Position numbers and translations under genes: made by a program
Shown: in pieces, positions 51,690-61,228 of the stretch
Position numbering within the stretch: position 1 is the first letter of the stretch
Layout: each line of letters starts with the position of its first letter
Notes under the pieces: generated by a model
What the model was told of the DNA's origin: nothing
Databases searched by the model: none
The model's input: only the letters and a program-made list of their open reading frames with translations
Assembly (NCBI GenBank): GCA_003139855.1
Contig: PLGY01000037.1
Location: 28,058-92,057, forward strand
DNA from: Methanobacteriota archaeon
GTDB taxonomy: Archaea > Halobacteriota > Bog-38 > Methanoflorentales > Methanoflorentaceae
Direction of reading: 5' to 3'
Length of the DNA: 64,000 nucleotides

Positions 51690-52313
51690 GTGCGTGTGGA
51701 CACCTTTTCGCGACCTTATGAGAGCAACACCTTCTGGTTAATTGCAAAGAAAAATGCTGTTGTTGATCTAGGGTCCGTAGTTACAGCAAAACAGCTGCCG
51801 TTGGATGAAGCGTGTTGCATTATTTTGACTCACTTGCACTATGATCACACGGCGGCCTTAGATCAGTTGAAACTTCCTGATAAGACAGTCATTATGATGC
51901 ACGAGGCCGATGCAAAAGAAATCGGCACGAGCGCTTCCGCGGCACATTTTTTTGGCGCACGTGCGTCTAAGTTTCGCGTCGATATTGTGCTTACGGACGG
52001 CGCAAAAATTGATCTCGGTGATTCGACGCTGCGCGTGATCCACACTCCTGGACACACGCCTGGAAGCATCTGCCTTTACGAAGCCCAGTCGAAAAGTCTT
52101 TTTTCCGGAGACACAGTTTTTCCGTACGGTAGCGTCGGTCGTACTGATCTGCCTGGCGGAAGCTCGCGTGATCTGATACGCTCGATCTCGCGGTTGGTGA
52201 AGCTGGACGTCAGCGTGCTATACCCTGGTCACGGGGAGGTAACTTCAAACAACGTAAATGAACAGATCAAACAGTCTCTTGAGCTCGCCAAAGCAACGGA
52301 AGGTCCAGAATAA
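51690..52313 (+). CDS. MBL-fold metallo-hydrolase (glyoxalase II-like)
   Basis: [21 protein letters not shown] and PGHG motifs. Confidence 0.85.
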   Translation: MRVDTFSRPYESNTFWLIAKKNAVVDLGSVVTAKQLPLDEACCIILTHLHYDHTAALDQLKLPDKTVIMMHEADAKEIGTSASAAHFFGARASKFRVDIVLTDGAKIDLGDSTLRVIHTPGHTPGSICLYEAQSKSLFSGDTVFPYGSVGRTDLPGGSSRDLIRSISRLVKLDVSVLYPGHGEVTSNNVNEQIKQSLELAKATEGPE

Positions 52314-52860
52314 TGTTGCTAGCGGCGTGTACGTCTTAGTTCTGTCGTTAGCCCGTGCCAAACGTGTGACGGTCGGAAAGCTCCGGACGATCCAATTTGC
52401 GCTAGGTTTCTACGCTTACGTAGGGTCAGCGTTGGGGCCGGGCGGTTTCAAACGCGTTGCACGCCACTTGGATGTGTCTGCAGGGCGCAACAAGACACAT
52501 AAGTGGCACATCGATCACCTCTCAGCCGTTGCAGAGATAATCGGGATAAGCGAAATCACAACCGGCGACCGAATCGAATGTGAAGTGGCGCGCAACTTGG
52601 CGCTAAATCCGGTGCTGACTAGCATCACGGGTTTTGGCTCCTCAGATTGTAGGTGCAGCTCGCACCTTTTCTATGCACGGCACCTTCACGATCTTAAAAA
52701 CGCGATGCAGAGGTTCCTCGACGATCAATGCCAAGAGACAAGTTGTCTGTCAGTCAACGTCGAGAAGTTGCGAGAGAGCTGTGCGAAGCCGGAGCAATCC
52801 TCCACGCATAATTTATTTAAGGCTGCGAATCGAGGTCGCGAGCAACGGAGGATGGCCTGA
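52258..52860 (+). CDS. DUF123 / GIY-YIG (Uri)-superfamily endonuclease-like protein
   Basis: GVYVLVL...GFYAYVGSA...RV.RH....K..HWHIDHL...GFGSSDC.C.SHLFY pattern. The start is uncertain: ATG at 52258 overlaps the MBL gene by 56 nt, and GTG at 52327 is the alternative. Confidence 0.7.
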   Translation: MNRSNSLLSSPKQRKVQNNVASGVYVLVLSLARAKRVTVGKLRTIQFALGFYAYVGSALGPGGFKRVARHLDVSAGRNKTHKWHIDHLSAVAEIIGISEITTGDRIECEVARNLALNPVLTSITGFGSSDCRCSSHLFYARHLHDLKNAMQRFLDDQCQETSCLSVNVEKLRESCAKPEQSSTHNLFKAANRGREQRRMA

Positions 52861-53811
52861 ATGGGAATACTCACCAATACAGTTGGGAGCTACCCAACGC
52901 ACATTATCGGAGAAGCGCTGAAGGCAAAGATGAACGTTCAAGATCTTATGGCCGGAAAGGATCCATTCGTCACGTCGATTGAAGCCGCAGTCGCAGATCA
53001 ACTCAGAGCCGGTATCGATCTAATCTCTGATGGCCAGGTTAGAGCGGACATGGTCAGCTTATTTGCAGCGGGGATTCCTGGCATGAAAAGCGATAGGGGT
53101 CGCTCATACATAACTGGAAAAATTAGTCGGCCCCTGAGAGCTGTTACTGTAAACGACTTCATGTTGGCACGGCAGTGTGCTGGACAGGATGCTAAAATCA
53201 AAGGGATCGTGACCGGCCCTGCAACGCTCGCCGCATCCTCGTCTTTGAGATCCGGCACGCCGTACCGGTCGAGTCTCGATCCGCGCTTGCTTGATGACTT
53301 GGCAAAAGCGCTCCGCTTTGAAGCAGAGCAGCTCGTTCGTGCTGGAGCAGATGTTTTGCAGATCGATGAACCCGTTTTGTATAATGTGGAGGTCGAAAAA
53401 GTAATGAGGTTTATTGACGCGGCGGTCGATAATATAAAGGTCCCTGTGAAGCTTCACCCCCACGTTGCATCCTTCAAGGATTATGAGCAGCTGCTGAAGC
53501 TGGAAAACGTACAATTCATCGGCGTCGAAGCAGCGAAATTCCCCGTTTTGCTAGACAAATTGACAGGGGCTGCATTTGAAGGTCACGGAAAAAAAGTCGC
53601 CCTCGGCGTGGTCGACACTGACCGCCAAGAGGTCGAATCGGTAGAAACTGTAAAGAAGCGAATCGAGCGGGGCATAGACGTCTTTGGTGCAGATATGTGG
53701 ATAAATCCCGACTGTGGGCTACGCTTTCAGAAAAGGGAAGTGGCATTTCAAAAGCTTAAGGTGATGGTTGACGCCGCTACGAGCGTCAAACGCGAGCTCA
53801 ATTTATCGTAG
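52861..53811 (+). CDS. metE: cobalamin-independent methionine synthase, single-domain archaeal MetE-like
   Basis: 316 aa with VGSYP..., ISDGQ, QIDEP, and a C-terminal NPDCGL Zn-ligand region. It abuts the preceding stop codon. Confidence 0.8.
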   Translation: MGILTNTVGSYPTHIIGEALKAKMNVQDLMAGKDPFVTSIEAAVADQLRAGIDLISDGQVRADMVSLFAAGIPGMKSDRGRSYITGKISRPLRAVTVNDFMLARQCAGQDAKIKGIVTGPATLAASSSLRSGTPYRSSLDPRLLDDLAKALRFEAEQLVRAGADVLQIDEPVLYNVEVEKVMRFIDAAVDNIKVPVKLHPHVASFKDYEQLLKLENVQFIGVEAAKFPVLLDKLTGAAFEGHGKKVALGVVDTDRQEVESVETVKKRIERGIDVFGADMWINPDCGLRFQKREVAFQKLKVMVDAATSVKRELNLS

Positions 53812-54619
53812 CATCCACCACTACATGTACAATTCCCGGGGCGTAGTCCTTTACTTTGCGCACGCTGAGCAACTCAACAGATCGAGTGAGTGCTCGTGCG
53901 GCTTGCGTCACGTGAGTACAAGGGCGCTCGCGCATTAATCCTAACGGGACGATTTCGTGGTAGTGCACGACGCCACCGGGAGCGAGAGCTTGAAATGCTT
54001 TGCAAAGATAGTCGCACGCCTCAAAATGTCCCATTAGTACTCGGTCAAATTGCTCTTTTGGGGTGACGTCAGCGCAGTTGCCCAAGATGGGTCGGACTAT
54101 GCCGTCAACGTTGTTAAGCGTAATATTCTGCTGTAGGTAACCAAATGCAACTGAATTGAGTTCAATCGCGCATATCGACTGAGGATGTGCGTGCACTGCC
54201 ATTGGTATGCAAAGCTGGCCGATGCCACTGAACATATCGAGGACTTTTTCGTTGCAGCCGACTTTGCTCATTCGAACTCGCTCCGCAAAGTTGCCTGCAG
54301 AGAACATGACGCGGCTTGCGTCGAGTGCGAATTTGCAATAGTTTTCCTTATGGATCGTGCTCGTTTCTGACCCTGCTATGACTTCGATGTCAGGTGTACG
54401 GAGGCTTCCGCGTACTCCTTTGTCCCACAATGCACTCTTGCAGCGTGGGTAAAGGTCCAGCAACGCCTCGCCTATCTCGTGCTTGAGGTGCTCAATTTCC
54501 GGCGGGATGTTTACTAGCACCAAGTCGCCAAGGATCTGCCACCTGCGGGGAAGCAGCTGTTTTTCGTCTTCTTCGAGTGGCGCAGGTAGCAATGGTTCAA
54601 GCAGCTGATGCCCTCTCAT
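53798..54619 (-). CDS. Trm5/Tyw2 (Taw2)-family SAM-dependent tRNA position-37 modifying enzyme
   Basis: 273 aa with RWQILGDLVLV, FSAGNFAERVR, SAM motif VLDMFSGIGQLCIP and ELN. It lacks the N-terminal D1 domain of long Trm5. Confidence 0.8.
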   Translation of the reverse strand: MRGHQLLEPLLPAPLEEDEKQLLPRRWQILGDLVLVNIPPEIEHLKHEIGEALLDLYPRCKSALWDKGVRGSLRTPDIEVIAGSETSTIHKENYCKFALDASRVMFSAGNFAERVRMSKVGCNEKVLDMFSGIGQLCIPMAVHAHPQSICAIELNSVAFGYLQQNITLNNVDGIVRPILGNCADVTPKEQFDRVLMGHFEACDYLCKAFQALAPGGVVHYHEIVPLGLMRERPCTHVTQAARALTRSVELLSVRKVKDYAPGIVHVVVDATIN

Positions 54620-55638
54620 GGAAGGATGAACACTCCTTCTTGGGTCTTCACGACCTGTATTTCTCTACCTTGGTCGTCTTTACAAACATACGGGGGCCTT
54701 TTAACGGTAAGAGTGGCGTAAGTCTCTGGATCGAGCAGGTGGGCTTCATCGGCATCGATCGATACTAACACAGTTTGTTTCGCTTCGCTTCGAGCGCCTA
54801 AAAGTTGGGCGTTGCGCAAATCCTCTGCATTCAGAGCAGCGCTTTGGCCTGTTTCAAGGTCGACCGCGTTTGTCGTGCTTGTGGCCGAGCATATCTCATA
54901 AATGTGTTGCTTGGCCGAAATAATCGCGCCTGTCGGAAATTCAGGCAGCCTTACGACGAAGGTCACACGGTAAATGTCCTTTCCGTCGCGTCGTCCCACA
55001 AGCTTGGCCGAATCGCTAAGGTTGCCCCCCATCTCTCGAACCAAGGCGCGGACAATTCGCTTTGCGGCTTTGACTGTGCCGACGTACAGGTCCAGGCCCT
55101 CTCTTAGCTGAATGGTCTTAGCGATAAACGCCAACCTATCCGCCTTCTGTGCGCGGTCATTGGTTCGTGTTGCGATTTCGAGGGCGCGCTGCCGCTCGGC
55201 CTTGTCCGGCGTCCTGTGGTCGCCTCGTATTTGAACTTTGCTTTCGTAGTAACCGCCTGAGATCCTACTGCATCTGTCGCACGAAGCCCGGTCTACGCGA
55301 ACATTTATATCAAAACTCTTGTGTTGCGTATCTCCCACGTGAGGAGCGTCGACTTCGACCCGCGCACGCACCATCGTTCGCGTAACTTCATTCAAAACAA
55401 CCTTGACTGTTGCTTCGTCTGCATCGATCGTCAGAGCCTCTTTGACCACACGTTCGATTGCTTTACCGAGATCGTCGTTCAGCCAGTGTCCTTTGAAAAA
55501 GTGATCGGAGCACGTCGGACACATTTTGATGGTGAGGAATTCAGGAACTGCCGCGATAGTACGGTCTTGTGCGAGACACCGCTCGCATATCCCATCCGAG
55601 GGCCCACCACAGCTGGGACAAACGCTCTTTGGAGTCAA
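54616..55638 (-). CDS. NMD3-family protein (archaeal homolog of the 60S export adaptor)
   Basis: N-terminal CxxC pairs (CPSCGG...CERC, CPTCSD, CDRCSR) in the NMD3 arrangement. 340 aa. Confidence 0.8.
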   Translation of the reverse strand: MTPKSVCPSCGGPSDGICERCLAQDRTIAAVPEFLTIKMCPTCSDHFFKGHWLNDDLGKAIERVVKEALTIDADEATVKVVLNEVTRTMVRARVEVDAPHVGDTQHKSFDINVRVDRASCDRCSRISGGYYESKVQIRGDHRTPDKAERQRALEIATRTNDRAQKADRLAFIAKTIQLREGLDLYVGTVKAAKRIVRALVREMGGNLSDSAKLVGRRDGKDIYRVTFVVRLPEFPTGAIISAKQHIYEICSATSTTNAVDLETGQSAALNAEDLRNAQLLGARSEAKQTVLVSIDADEAHLLDPETYATLTVKRPPYVCKDDQGREIQVVKTQEGVFILP

Positions 55639-55653
55639 ATGATCGCCTGTGAT

Positions 55654-55980
55654 TTAGAAAAGAACCATTTGGGCGTGCGGAATGCCGTCAATTGTGATCA
55701 CACAGTGCTTATCTATGATGCCGCTGTCAATGCCGCAGGCAACAGACTGTTCGCCGACAAGATTCGCGATCGTGGCATCTTCGAGTGCCATTTTCACCTC
55801 GTGTTCATCTGCAGGACGACCCTTGAAGAAGTCTTCGTTCACCGAGAGGTGAAGCTCTCCTTCACGAAAGGTGTGTCCTATTAGTTCTGAATCACATACA
55901 GCTACGAGGATCTCTTGGTTGACACTGTATGACTTCAAGTACATAGTCGTCAGAGTACCGACATCATCGTTTTCGAGCAT
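55654..55980 (-). CDS. DUF424-family protein
   Basis: 108 aa with YLKSY...EILVAVCDSELIGHTFREGELHL.V...FF.G, matching the DUF424 pattern as I recall it. Confidence 0.7.
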   Translation of the reverse strand: MLENDDVGTLTTMYLKSYSVNQEILVAVCDSELIGHTFREGELHLSVNEDFFKGRPADEHEVKMALEDATIANLVGEQSVACGIDSGIIDKHCVITIDGIPHAQMVLF

Positions 55981-55981
55981 T

Positions 55982-58045
55982 TTATTGTTGTGTAAGCCTA
56001 TAGTTACGGCTGTACCTTACTGGCTCAAATATTGCCGCTTGCTGCACCAGTCGGGCTATTTCGGCTTCGACTTTGTCCTTTTCAAATCCTAGTTTCGATG
56101 CCCTCTCTACAATTGTGTCAATGTGTGCAGATCCCGCCTCACGTTCGAGTTCCCTGATGATATCCCTAATGTTTTTGATACGCTCTTGTTGACTTTTGCT
56201 TTTTCCAACGGCTATTACATCGAAATCTCGCTTCCCCGTTTCAGGGTCTACGCCGACCTCTTTTAGACACGCTTCGACGATTAGAATAACGCGTTTTGCG
56301 TCCTCGAGCGTCACCCACTTGCTTAGTCTCATGCGCGCGCTCGCTTCGGCAAGCCGCACGAGAGCTTCAAGCTGACGAGCGGTTATAGGGATCGGCGAGC
56401 CCTCGCCGCCTTGTTTCCTTAAGCCTACGTAGTAGTCTATGAATTGTTGCTTGGCATCTTCAGTGAGGATTGGATTTACCCTTTTCGCGTACCCGATGAA
56501 CTTGCGAAGCAGCTCTGCTTCAATTTCCGGACTTATGATGCTCATTGCAGCCTCTACCTCTTGATTGGGCATTCCGGAGGAGGCAAGCTCTCCAGCAAAA
56601 TGCGACTGGAGTATGTGTTTCGCGATGCCCGTATCAGTGTTCTCGTTTGGTACATCGGTCAACACGAAAATCAGGTCAAATCGAGAAAGAAGAGTGGGCT
56701 GCATGTTGATTTGCTCAGCGATTGATTCGTACGGGTCGAATCTTCCGTATCGCGGGTTCGCAGCTCCCAGCAGGGCGCAGCGGCTCTTGAGGTTTGCCAT
56801 AATTCCCGCTTTTGCCACGCTGACAGTTTGCTGCTCCATCGCTTCGTGCAGAGAAGATCTATCCTCAGACCGCATCTTGTCCATTTCATCAACTGCCGCA
56901 ATTCCTTGATCTGCGAGCACAAGTGCACCCGCCTCTAGAGTCCATCTGCCATCGCCAAATTCATCTTTTATCGCGGTTGCCGTTAACCCCGCTGATGTCG
57001 AACTCTTGCCACTGGCGTATATGCCTCTAGGCGCGAGCTGGACCACGTACCGCAGCAGTTGTGATTTACCTATGCCAGGATCGCCCACAAGAAGAATGTG
57101 AATATCGCCCCGTATGTGTGAGCCGTCAGGAAGCTTTTTCGGCACGCCCGAAAACAGTTGGAGCGCTATTGCCTCCTTGACGCCCTCATAGCCGAAAATT
57201 GATGGAGCTATTGATCGCACGATTGCGCGATCAATTCCTGCGGTCTTTGCAAGCTCGACTATTTTGGTTTCATCCTCGGGCGATATTTCGATGTCCCGAA
57301 ATTCTTTATCTTCTACTTCTATTGAATTTGCCTCGAGAAACAAGTCGAAGGTCGTGCTTTTCACGTTTTGATACTGCCGTTGAGCAACGCGCAGTAAGCC
57401 AGTCATAACAACTCTATCACCGGGAAATACCATTCCGGCCAGCGTTGCTTCCACGTTTGCATCGAGCGTCTGCGGTTGTTCCCCTCCTTTCAAGCCTTCA
57501 GGGGACTCTTGCAGCCGAATTTTTTGGGCATCTGCGAATTTAGAATGTGTGAAATTCAACTTGAAAGGACCTTTCTTTCTGCAGACCCGGTGAGAGCATT
57601 CAGCCGGCTCTTTGAGCTTCGCATCATCTTGTTCGACGCTCGTTATGTTGCCGCAGCTCAAACATTCAAAGCCGGCTTCGGTGAGCTTTGGACGAACTTC
57701 CGTGGCTTTACGTACAAGCCCCTCGATTGAGACGAGCTTGCCGACGTGGTTACTTCTCAGGTCCCTAATCTTTGTCTTATCAGGAACGTTGACGATGCGT
57801 ATTTCCGCGTCTAGTTTGCATTCGATGGGCAGATCATATTCAAGGAGCGCATCGTGCGCAGACCCTAGCACAGGCTGTGGGCTATCAATCAGTGCATCGG
57901 CCAGAGCGATGTCGAAGTTTTGTAGGGCCTGATAATCCACATCGATACTGTTCACTTCTGGGTAATCGCTCGCGAGCTTGAGTATCTGGCTCTCGTAGTA
58001 TCGGACGAAGAATGTCGCCCACCGCTCCTTAAAATCACTACTCAT
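55982..58045 (-). CDS. mcm: MCM replicative helicase
   Basis: Zn motif CLSCG...C..RVC, Walker A GDPGIGKS, Walker B AAVDEMDKM, Arg finger SRFDLIF, and a C-terminal wHTH. 687 aa with no intein. Confidence 0.96.
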   Translation of the reverse strand: MSSDFKERWATFFVRYYESQILKLASDYPEVNSIDVDYQALQNFDIALADALIDSPQPVLGSAHDALLEYDLPIECKLDAEIRIVNVPDKTKIRDLRSNHVGKLVSIEGLVRKATEVRPKLTEAGFECLSCGNITSVEQDDAKLKEPAECSHRVCRKKGPFKLNFTHSKFADAQKIRLQESPEGLKGGEQPQTLDANVEATLAGMVFPGDRVVMTGLLRVAQRQYQNVKSTTFDLFLEANSIEVEDKEFRDIEISPEDETKIVELAKTAGIDRAIVRSIAPSIFGYEGVKEAIALQLFSGVPKKLPDGSHIRGDIHILLVGDPGIGKSQLLRYVVQLAPRGIYASGKSSTSAGLTATAIKDEFGDGRWTLEAGALVLADQGIAAVDEMDKMRSEDRSSLHEAMEQQTVSVAKAGIMANLKSRCALLGAANPRYGRFDPYESIAEQINMQPTLLSRFDLIFVLTDVPNENTDTGIAKHILQSHFAGELASSGMPNQEVEAAMSIISPEIEAELLRKFIGYAKRVNPILTEDAKQQFIDYYVGLRKQGGEGSPIPITARQLEALVRLAEASARMRLSKWVTLEDAKRVILIVEACLKEVGVDPETGKRDFDVIAVGKSKSQQERIKNIRDIIRELEREAGSAHIDTIVERASKLGFEKDKVEAEIARLVQQAAIFEPVRYSRNYRLTQQ

Positions 58046-58188
58046 GCAGATTAAACACTATGCAAATCATCCCACATAAATGTGAGCGAAGCACTTACGA
58101 ACTAATTAAAGCTTGAAATAAGGCGTTCCGGCGATTCTGCAAATTGACGTATTTGCGTCAGCGCGAAACCGCACGAGGACCTAATCCC

Positions 58189-58470
58189 CTACCTTTCGAT
58201 AAACATCAGCGGATAGTCAGCGTCCTCGTCGTACTGCATCTTCACGAGCACTTTGGCTGTCCCATAGGCGACAACGAGCTGGACGTCGAGCATCTTGCCT
58301 TCAAGTTCTGCGTAGCCAAATTTGTTGATTTTCGATGCTACGCGGTCGCTGTCGATTCTGACAGTGATGTTCTCGACGTAGGGTTGTACCCGTATACTTT
58401 CTTCTATTGCTTTTTCAAGGGTCGTAATTGTGTTCAAATCAAGTGGTGCGCCGACGTATTGGTGATACAA
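58189..58470 (-). CDS. hypothetical protein (93 aa)
   Basis: ATG-started ORF between mcm and pssA on the same strand. No family recognised. Confidence 0.45.
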   Translation of the reverse strand: MYHQYVGAPLDLNTITTLEKAIEESIRVQPYVENITVRIDSDRVASKINKFGYAELEGKMLDVQLVVAYGTAKVLVKMQYDEDADYPLMFIER

Positions 58471-58517
58471 TGCACCAAGTTTTATACCTGCTTCGAAAAG
58501 CGCTTGGTCTCTCTCGT

Positions 58518-59198
58518 TTATCTGAAATACCTCCGGTACAACGGGTTCAGAACATACACAATTGAGAGTAGTAGGAGAATGGCGGAGATAATCGAATAAC
58601 TCGTTCCGATCGAGTAGAGAAGAAGGATGACCAGGAGCAATGCGCCCACGACGGTGAGAGTAATTGTGTTTCTGACTTTCGGGTACTTGACATCGCTCAC
58701 CATCAGTCCTGCGAGGACGAGAGCGACTGCCAACAAGCCGACGGGTGGAAGTCCCGCAAGAATATACAGCGCGACTATCATGCCAGCCGCAGTGATGGGC
58801 AACCCGGAGAATGCGGCTTCCTGAGGGGCGATGTTGTACCGCGCAAGTCGCAGCATCCCGCCGACTAAGTATAGGAATGATACGACGAAGATCAAAAAGA
58901 AGAGACTGCGATAGCCTACGGCGTCTCTGACCGCGTAGTACACCAGAATTGACGGTACCAACCCGAAAGAAACAAAATCTGCGAGTGAGTCGAGCTGGAA
59001 GCCGAGGCTTCCCTGTCCTCGTGTCCTGGCCAGGTAACCGTCAGCTCCGTCAGCGAGGACGCACACAAGAACAAACGCTGCGGCGATACCAATGTTGTTG
59101 GCCTCCGCCAAAAAGAGGATGGCTAGCATGCCAAACAGCAAGTTCACTATTGTGGCAACATCCTGCTCCCGGATTTCCATATCAAAAGGTAACCACAT
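58518..59198 (-). CDS. pssA: CDP-alcohol phosphatidyltransferase; archaetidylserine synthase-like
   Basis: The DG..AR..(8)G...D...D motif is present (DGADGYLARTRGQGSLGFQLDSLAD). It is polytopic and adjacent to psd. Confidence 0.85.
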   Translation of the reverse strand: MWLPFDMEIREQDVATIVNLLFGMLAILFLAEANNIGIAAAFVLVCVLADGADGYLARTRGQGSLGFQLDSLADFVSFGLVPSILVYYAVRDAVGYRSLFFLIFVVSFLYLVGGMLRLARYNIAPQEAAFSGLPITAAGMIVALYILAGLPPVGLLAVALVLAGLMVSDVKYPKVRNTITLTVVGALLLVILLLYSIGTSYSIISAILLLLSIVYVLNPLYRRYFR

Positions 59199-59209
59199 AA
59201 CACCTGCCG

Positions 59210-59797
59210 CTATATGCCCAATCTAGCGATTGTCGTCTTTCCCGCTTTGACTCTTTGCCCTCGCGATACGACGAATGAGTAACTGCTAGGGAGTGCAACG
59301 TCGACCCGTGAGCCAAACCGAATCATGCCTATTCTCTGGCCCCTGCCGAGAATTTCATTTTGCTTGACGTAGCATACGATCCGTCTGATAACTGCACCTG
59401 AGATTTGGGTGACGACAACATTGCCAAGCCGAGTTCGTATAGTGATGCTGTTCCGCTCGTTTTTGTCCGATTCCTTGTGAAAAGCGGGGAGTCTACCTCC
59501 TTTGTGGTAACGTATGTCGACGACTTCACCATCGATAGGAGCTCTGTTGACGTGTACGTTATGGATGTTCATAAAAATGCTGAGTTGGTTGTCTTGTATC
59601 TTTAGCACTCTGCCGTCTGCGGGACTGACTACGTCGGTCGCGTTATGGCTGTCCGATAAGCGTTCAGGATCTCTAAAAAAAAGAAGAAGGAATAATGTAG
59701 GGACCATTACGAGGAACGCGTACGGAGTGAAGAATCCCGTGAACACCGTTAGCGCGGCCCCCGCCAGAATCCAATATTCAGACCCCGTTGCTACCAC
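59210..59797 (-). CDS. psd: phosphatidylserine (archaetidylserine) decarboxylase proenzyme, short type
   Basis: 195 aa with an N-terminal TM, conserved VNRAPIDG, and the self-cleavage region GMIRFGSRVDV. Confidence 0.85.
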   Translation of the reverse strand: MVATGSEYWILAGAALTVFTGFFTPYAFLVMVPTLFLLLFFRDPERLSDSHNATDVVSPADGRVLKIQDNQLSIFMNIHNVHVNRAPIDGEVVDIRYHKGGRLPAFHKESDKNERNSITIRTRLGNVVVTQISGAVIRRIVCYVKQNEILGRGQRIGMIRFGSRVDVALPSSYSFVVSRGQRVKAGKTTIARLGI

Positions 59798-60581
59798 GCG
59801 TCACGCCTCCTTTCAACAAATCAAATACGCCGACTACCGCGTCAAGTAATTCGGGGAGTATCAGGAACACCAAGTAAGAGATGAGCATCAGCGCAAGTAA
59901 AGATCCAAATTTTGCAATGACATCGTGCGACACATAGAAACTGTTGGCCGGCAATCCAAACCATTGGTTACCGGTAGCTGTCAGCACAAACGCATCACGA
60001 ACGATGTTTAGAATGTAGATTGTGGGGATAGAGACCATGAATGCCGCCAATTTTCTGCGCGGAGGTGCAGAAACGCAAGCTACGACCCCAAGGAACAGCG
60101 CGATGCTTTGAATGCCAGTGCAGGCGAGGATGAATTGAACCGGGGCGCCGTTAAGCGTCAACACGTTCCAATTGGCCTGTACTGCCGGCACGCCTAAAGA
60201 ATTTAATAGCAAGGCAGTCTGCGCTGCAACTGCAGCTATCAAAGCGTGGCTGAGAGACGAAAATTGTGCGAAGGAAAAGTAGAATATGCCACCTACTGCT
60301 GCGGCTTTCGTAATGAGCAATGTTAAGTCGTCAGCTTTCGTCCACATCACATAGCCGACGAAGCCGCAAAAAACAGCAACGAGAATACATACTAAGATGT
60401 TGAAATAATCGTCAATTGCGAGATAGTTCACGGGTTGGTATGCCCAGTAGAGCGCGAAAAAAACCCAGCCGGCAGCTCCGAGCGGATATGTGAACTTACG
60501 CGGCGCAACTATTGCTATTATGAAAAGAACGAGCGCAATCCACAACAAAGGTTGTATGAAGTCCACCAAGGGCCGTATCAC
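59778..60581 (-). CDS. artA: archaeosortase A-like (exosortase/archaeosortase family)
   Basis: Polytopic 267-aa protein with the family signatures ILACTGIQS (Cys), YILNIVRDAF (Arg) and VSHDVI (His). It overlaps psd by 20 nt. Confidence 0.8.
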   Translation of the reverse strand: MIRPLVDFIQPLLWIALVLFIIAIVAPRKFTYPLGAAGWVFFALYWAYQPVNYLAIDDYFNILVCILVAVFCGFVGYVMWTKADDLTLLITKAAAVGGIFYFSFAQFSSLSHALIAAVAAQTALLLNSLGVPAVQANWNVLTLNGAPVQFILACTGIQSIALFLGVVACVSAPPRRKLAAFMVSIPTIYILNIVRDAFVLTATGNQWFGLPANSFYVSHDVIAKFGSLLALMLISYLVFLILPELLDAVVGVFDLLKGGVTRGSNGV

Positions 60582-60772
60582 TCCATCAGTTCACAACGCC
60601 TTATAATAACGCTGGCATATAACTATTTTGACTCCGCTTTTTCCTGTGTTCCTCTAACCGCGGCCGGAGTTTTGTCCGTGTTAGCGTCGCAGCAACGGCC
60701 TATATATTTATCGCATTAGAGACAAAGGATTCACTCGTACGAAGCGATGCGTAATCGGTATCTGTGATCGAT

Positions 60773-61090
60773 ATGGAATTCTGTCCAAAGTGCAAGAGTA
60801 TTATGCTTCCTAAGGAAGACTTCGTGACGTGTCGGACGTGTGGTTTCACCAAAGAAAAAAGTCAATTAGCTAAGCAGAAGCACATTCACGAAATTTCTCG
60901 CAATACACGGACCATGTTGGTAATCGAAGGCGATTCAGAAGCCGGCTTGCCTACAATCAAGGCGCATTGTTCTGAATGTGGCAACGACAAAGCCTACTGG
61001 TGGCTCAGACAATTGCGTTCTGCAGATGAGAGCGAAGTACGGTTCTTTCGATGTACGAAGTGCAGCAAGACGTGGCGAGAATACAACTAG
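60773..61090 (+). CDS. tfs: transcription factor S (TFS) / RNAP subunit M
   Basis: N-terminal Zn ribbon FCPKC...CRTCG and C-terminal CSECG...RSADE...CTKC with the acidic DE loop. Confidence 0.9.
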   Translation: MEFCPKCKSIMLPKEDFVTCRTCGFTKEKSQLAKQKHIHEISRNTRTMLVIEGDSEAGLPTIKAHCSECGNDKAYWWLRQLRSADESEVRFFRCTKCSKTWREYN

Positions 61091-61228
61091 TTGCAAGAGA
61101 TCACGCGTACGGACGGCGCTTACTCAAAAACGTGCAGAAACACAGTGGACTTCGTCAACCACGCTAGAGCCAACCGGATGCAACACTGAAACCTCAGTCG
61201 GCGTGCAAGGTCGACTCAAATTTTGCAA

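Noticed and set aside
55982-58045. Inteins in MCM, and also in RFC, EF-2, RpoA', Top6B and ThiC.
   Set aside because: All have lengths typical of intein-free versions, and the conserved motifs are contiguous.
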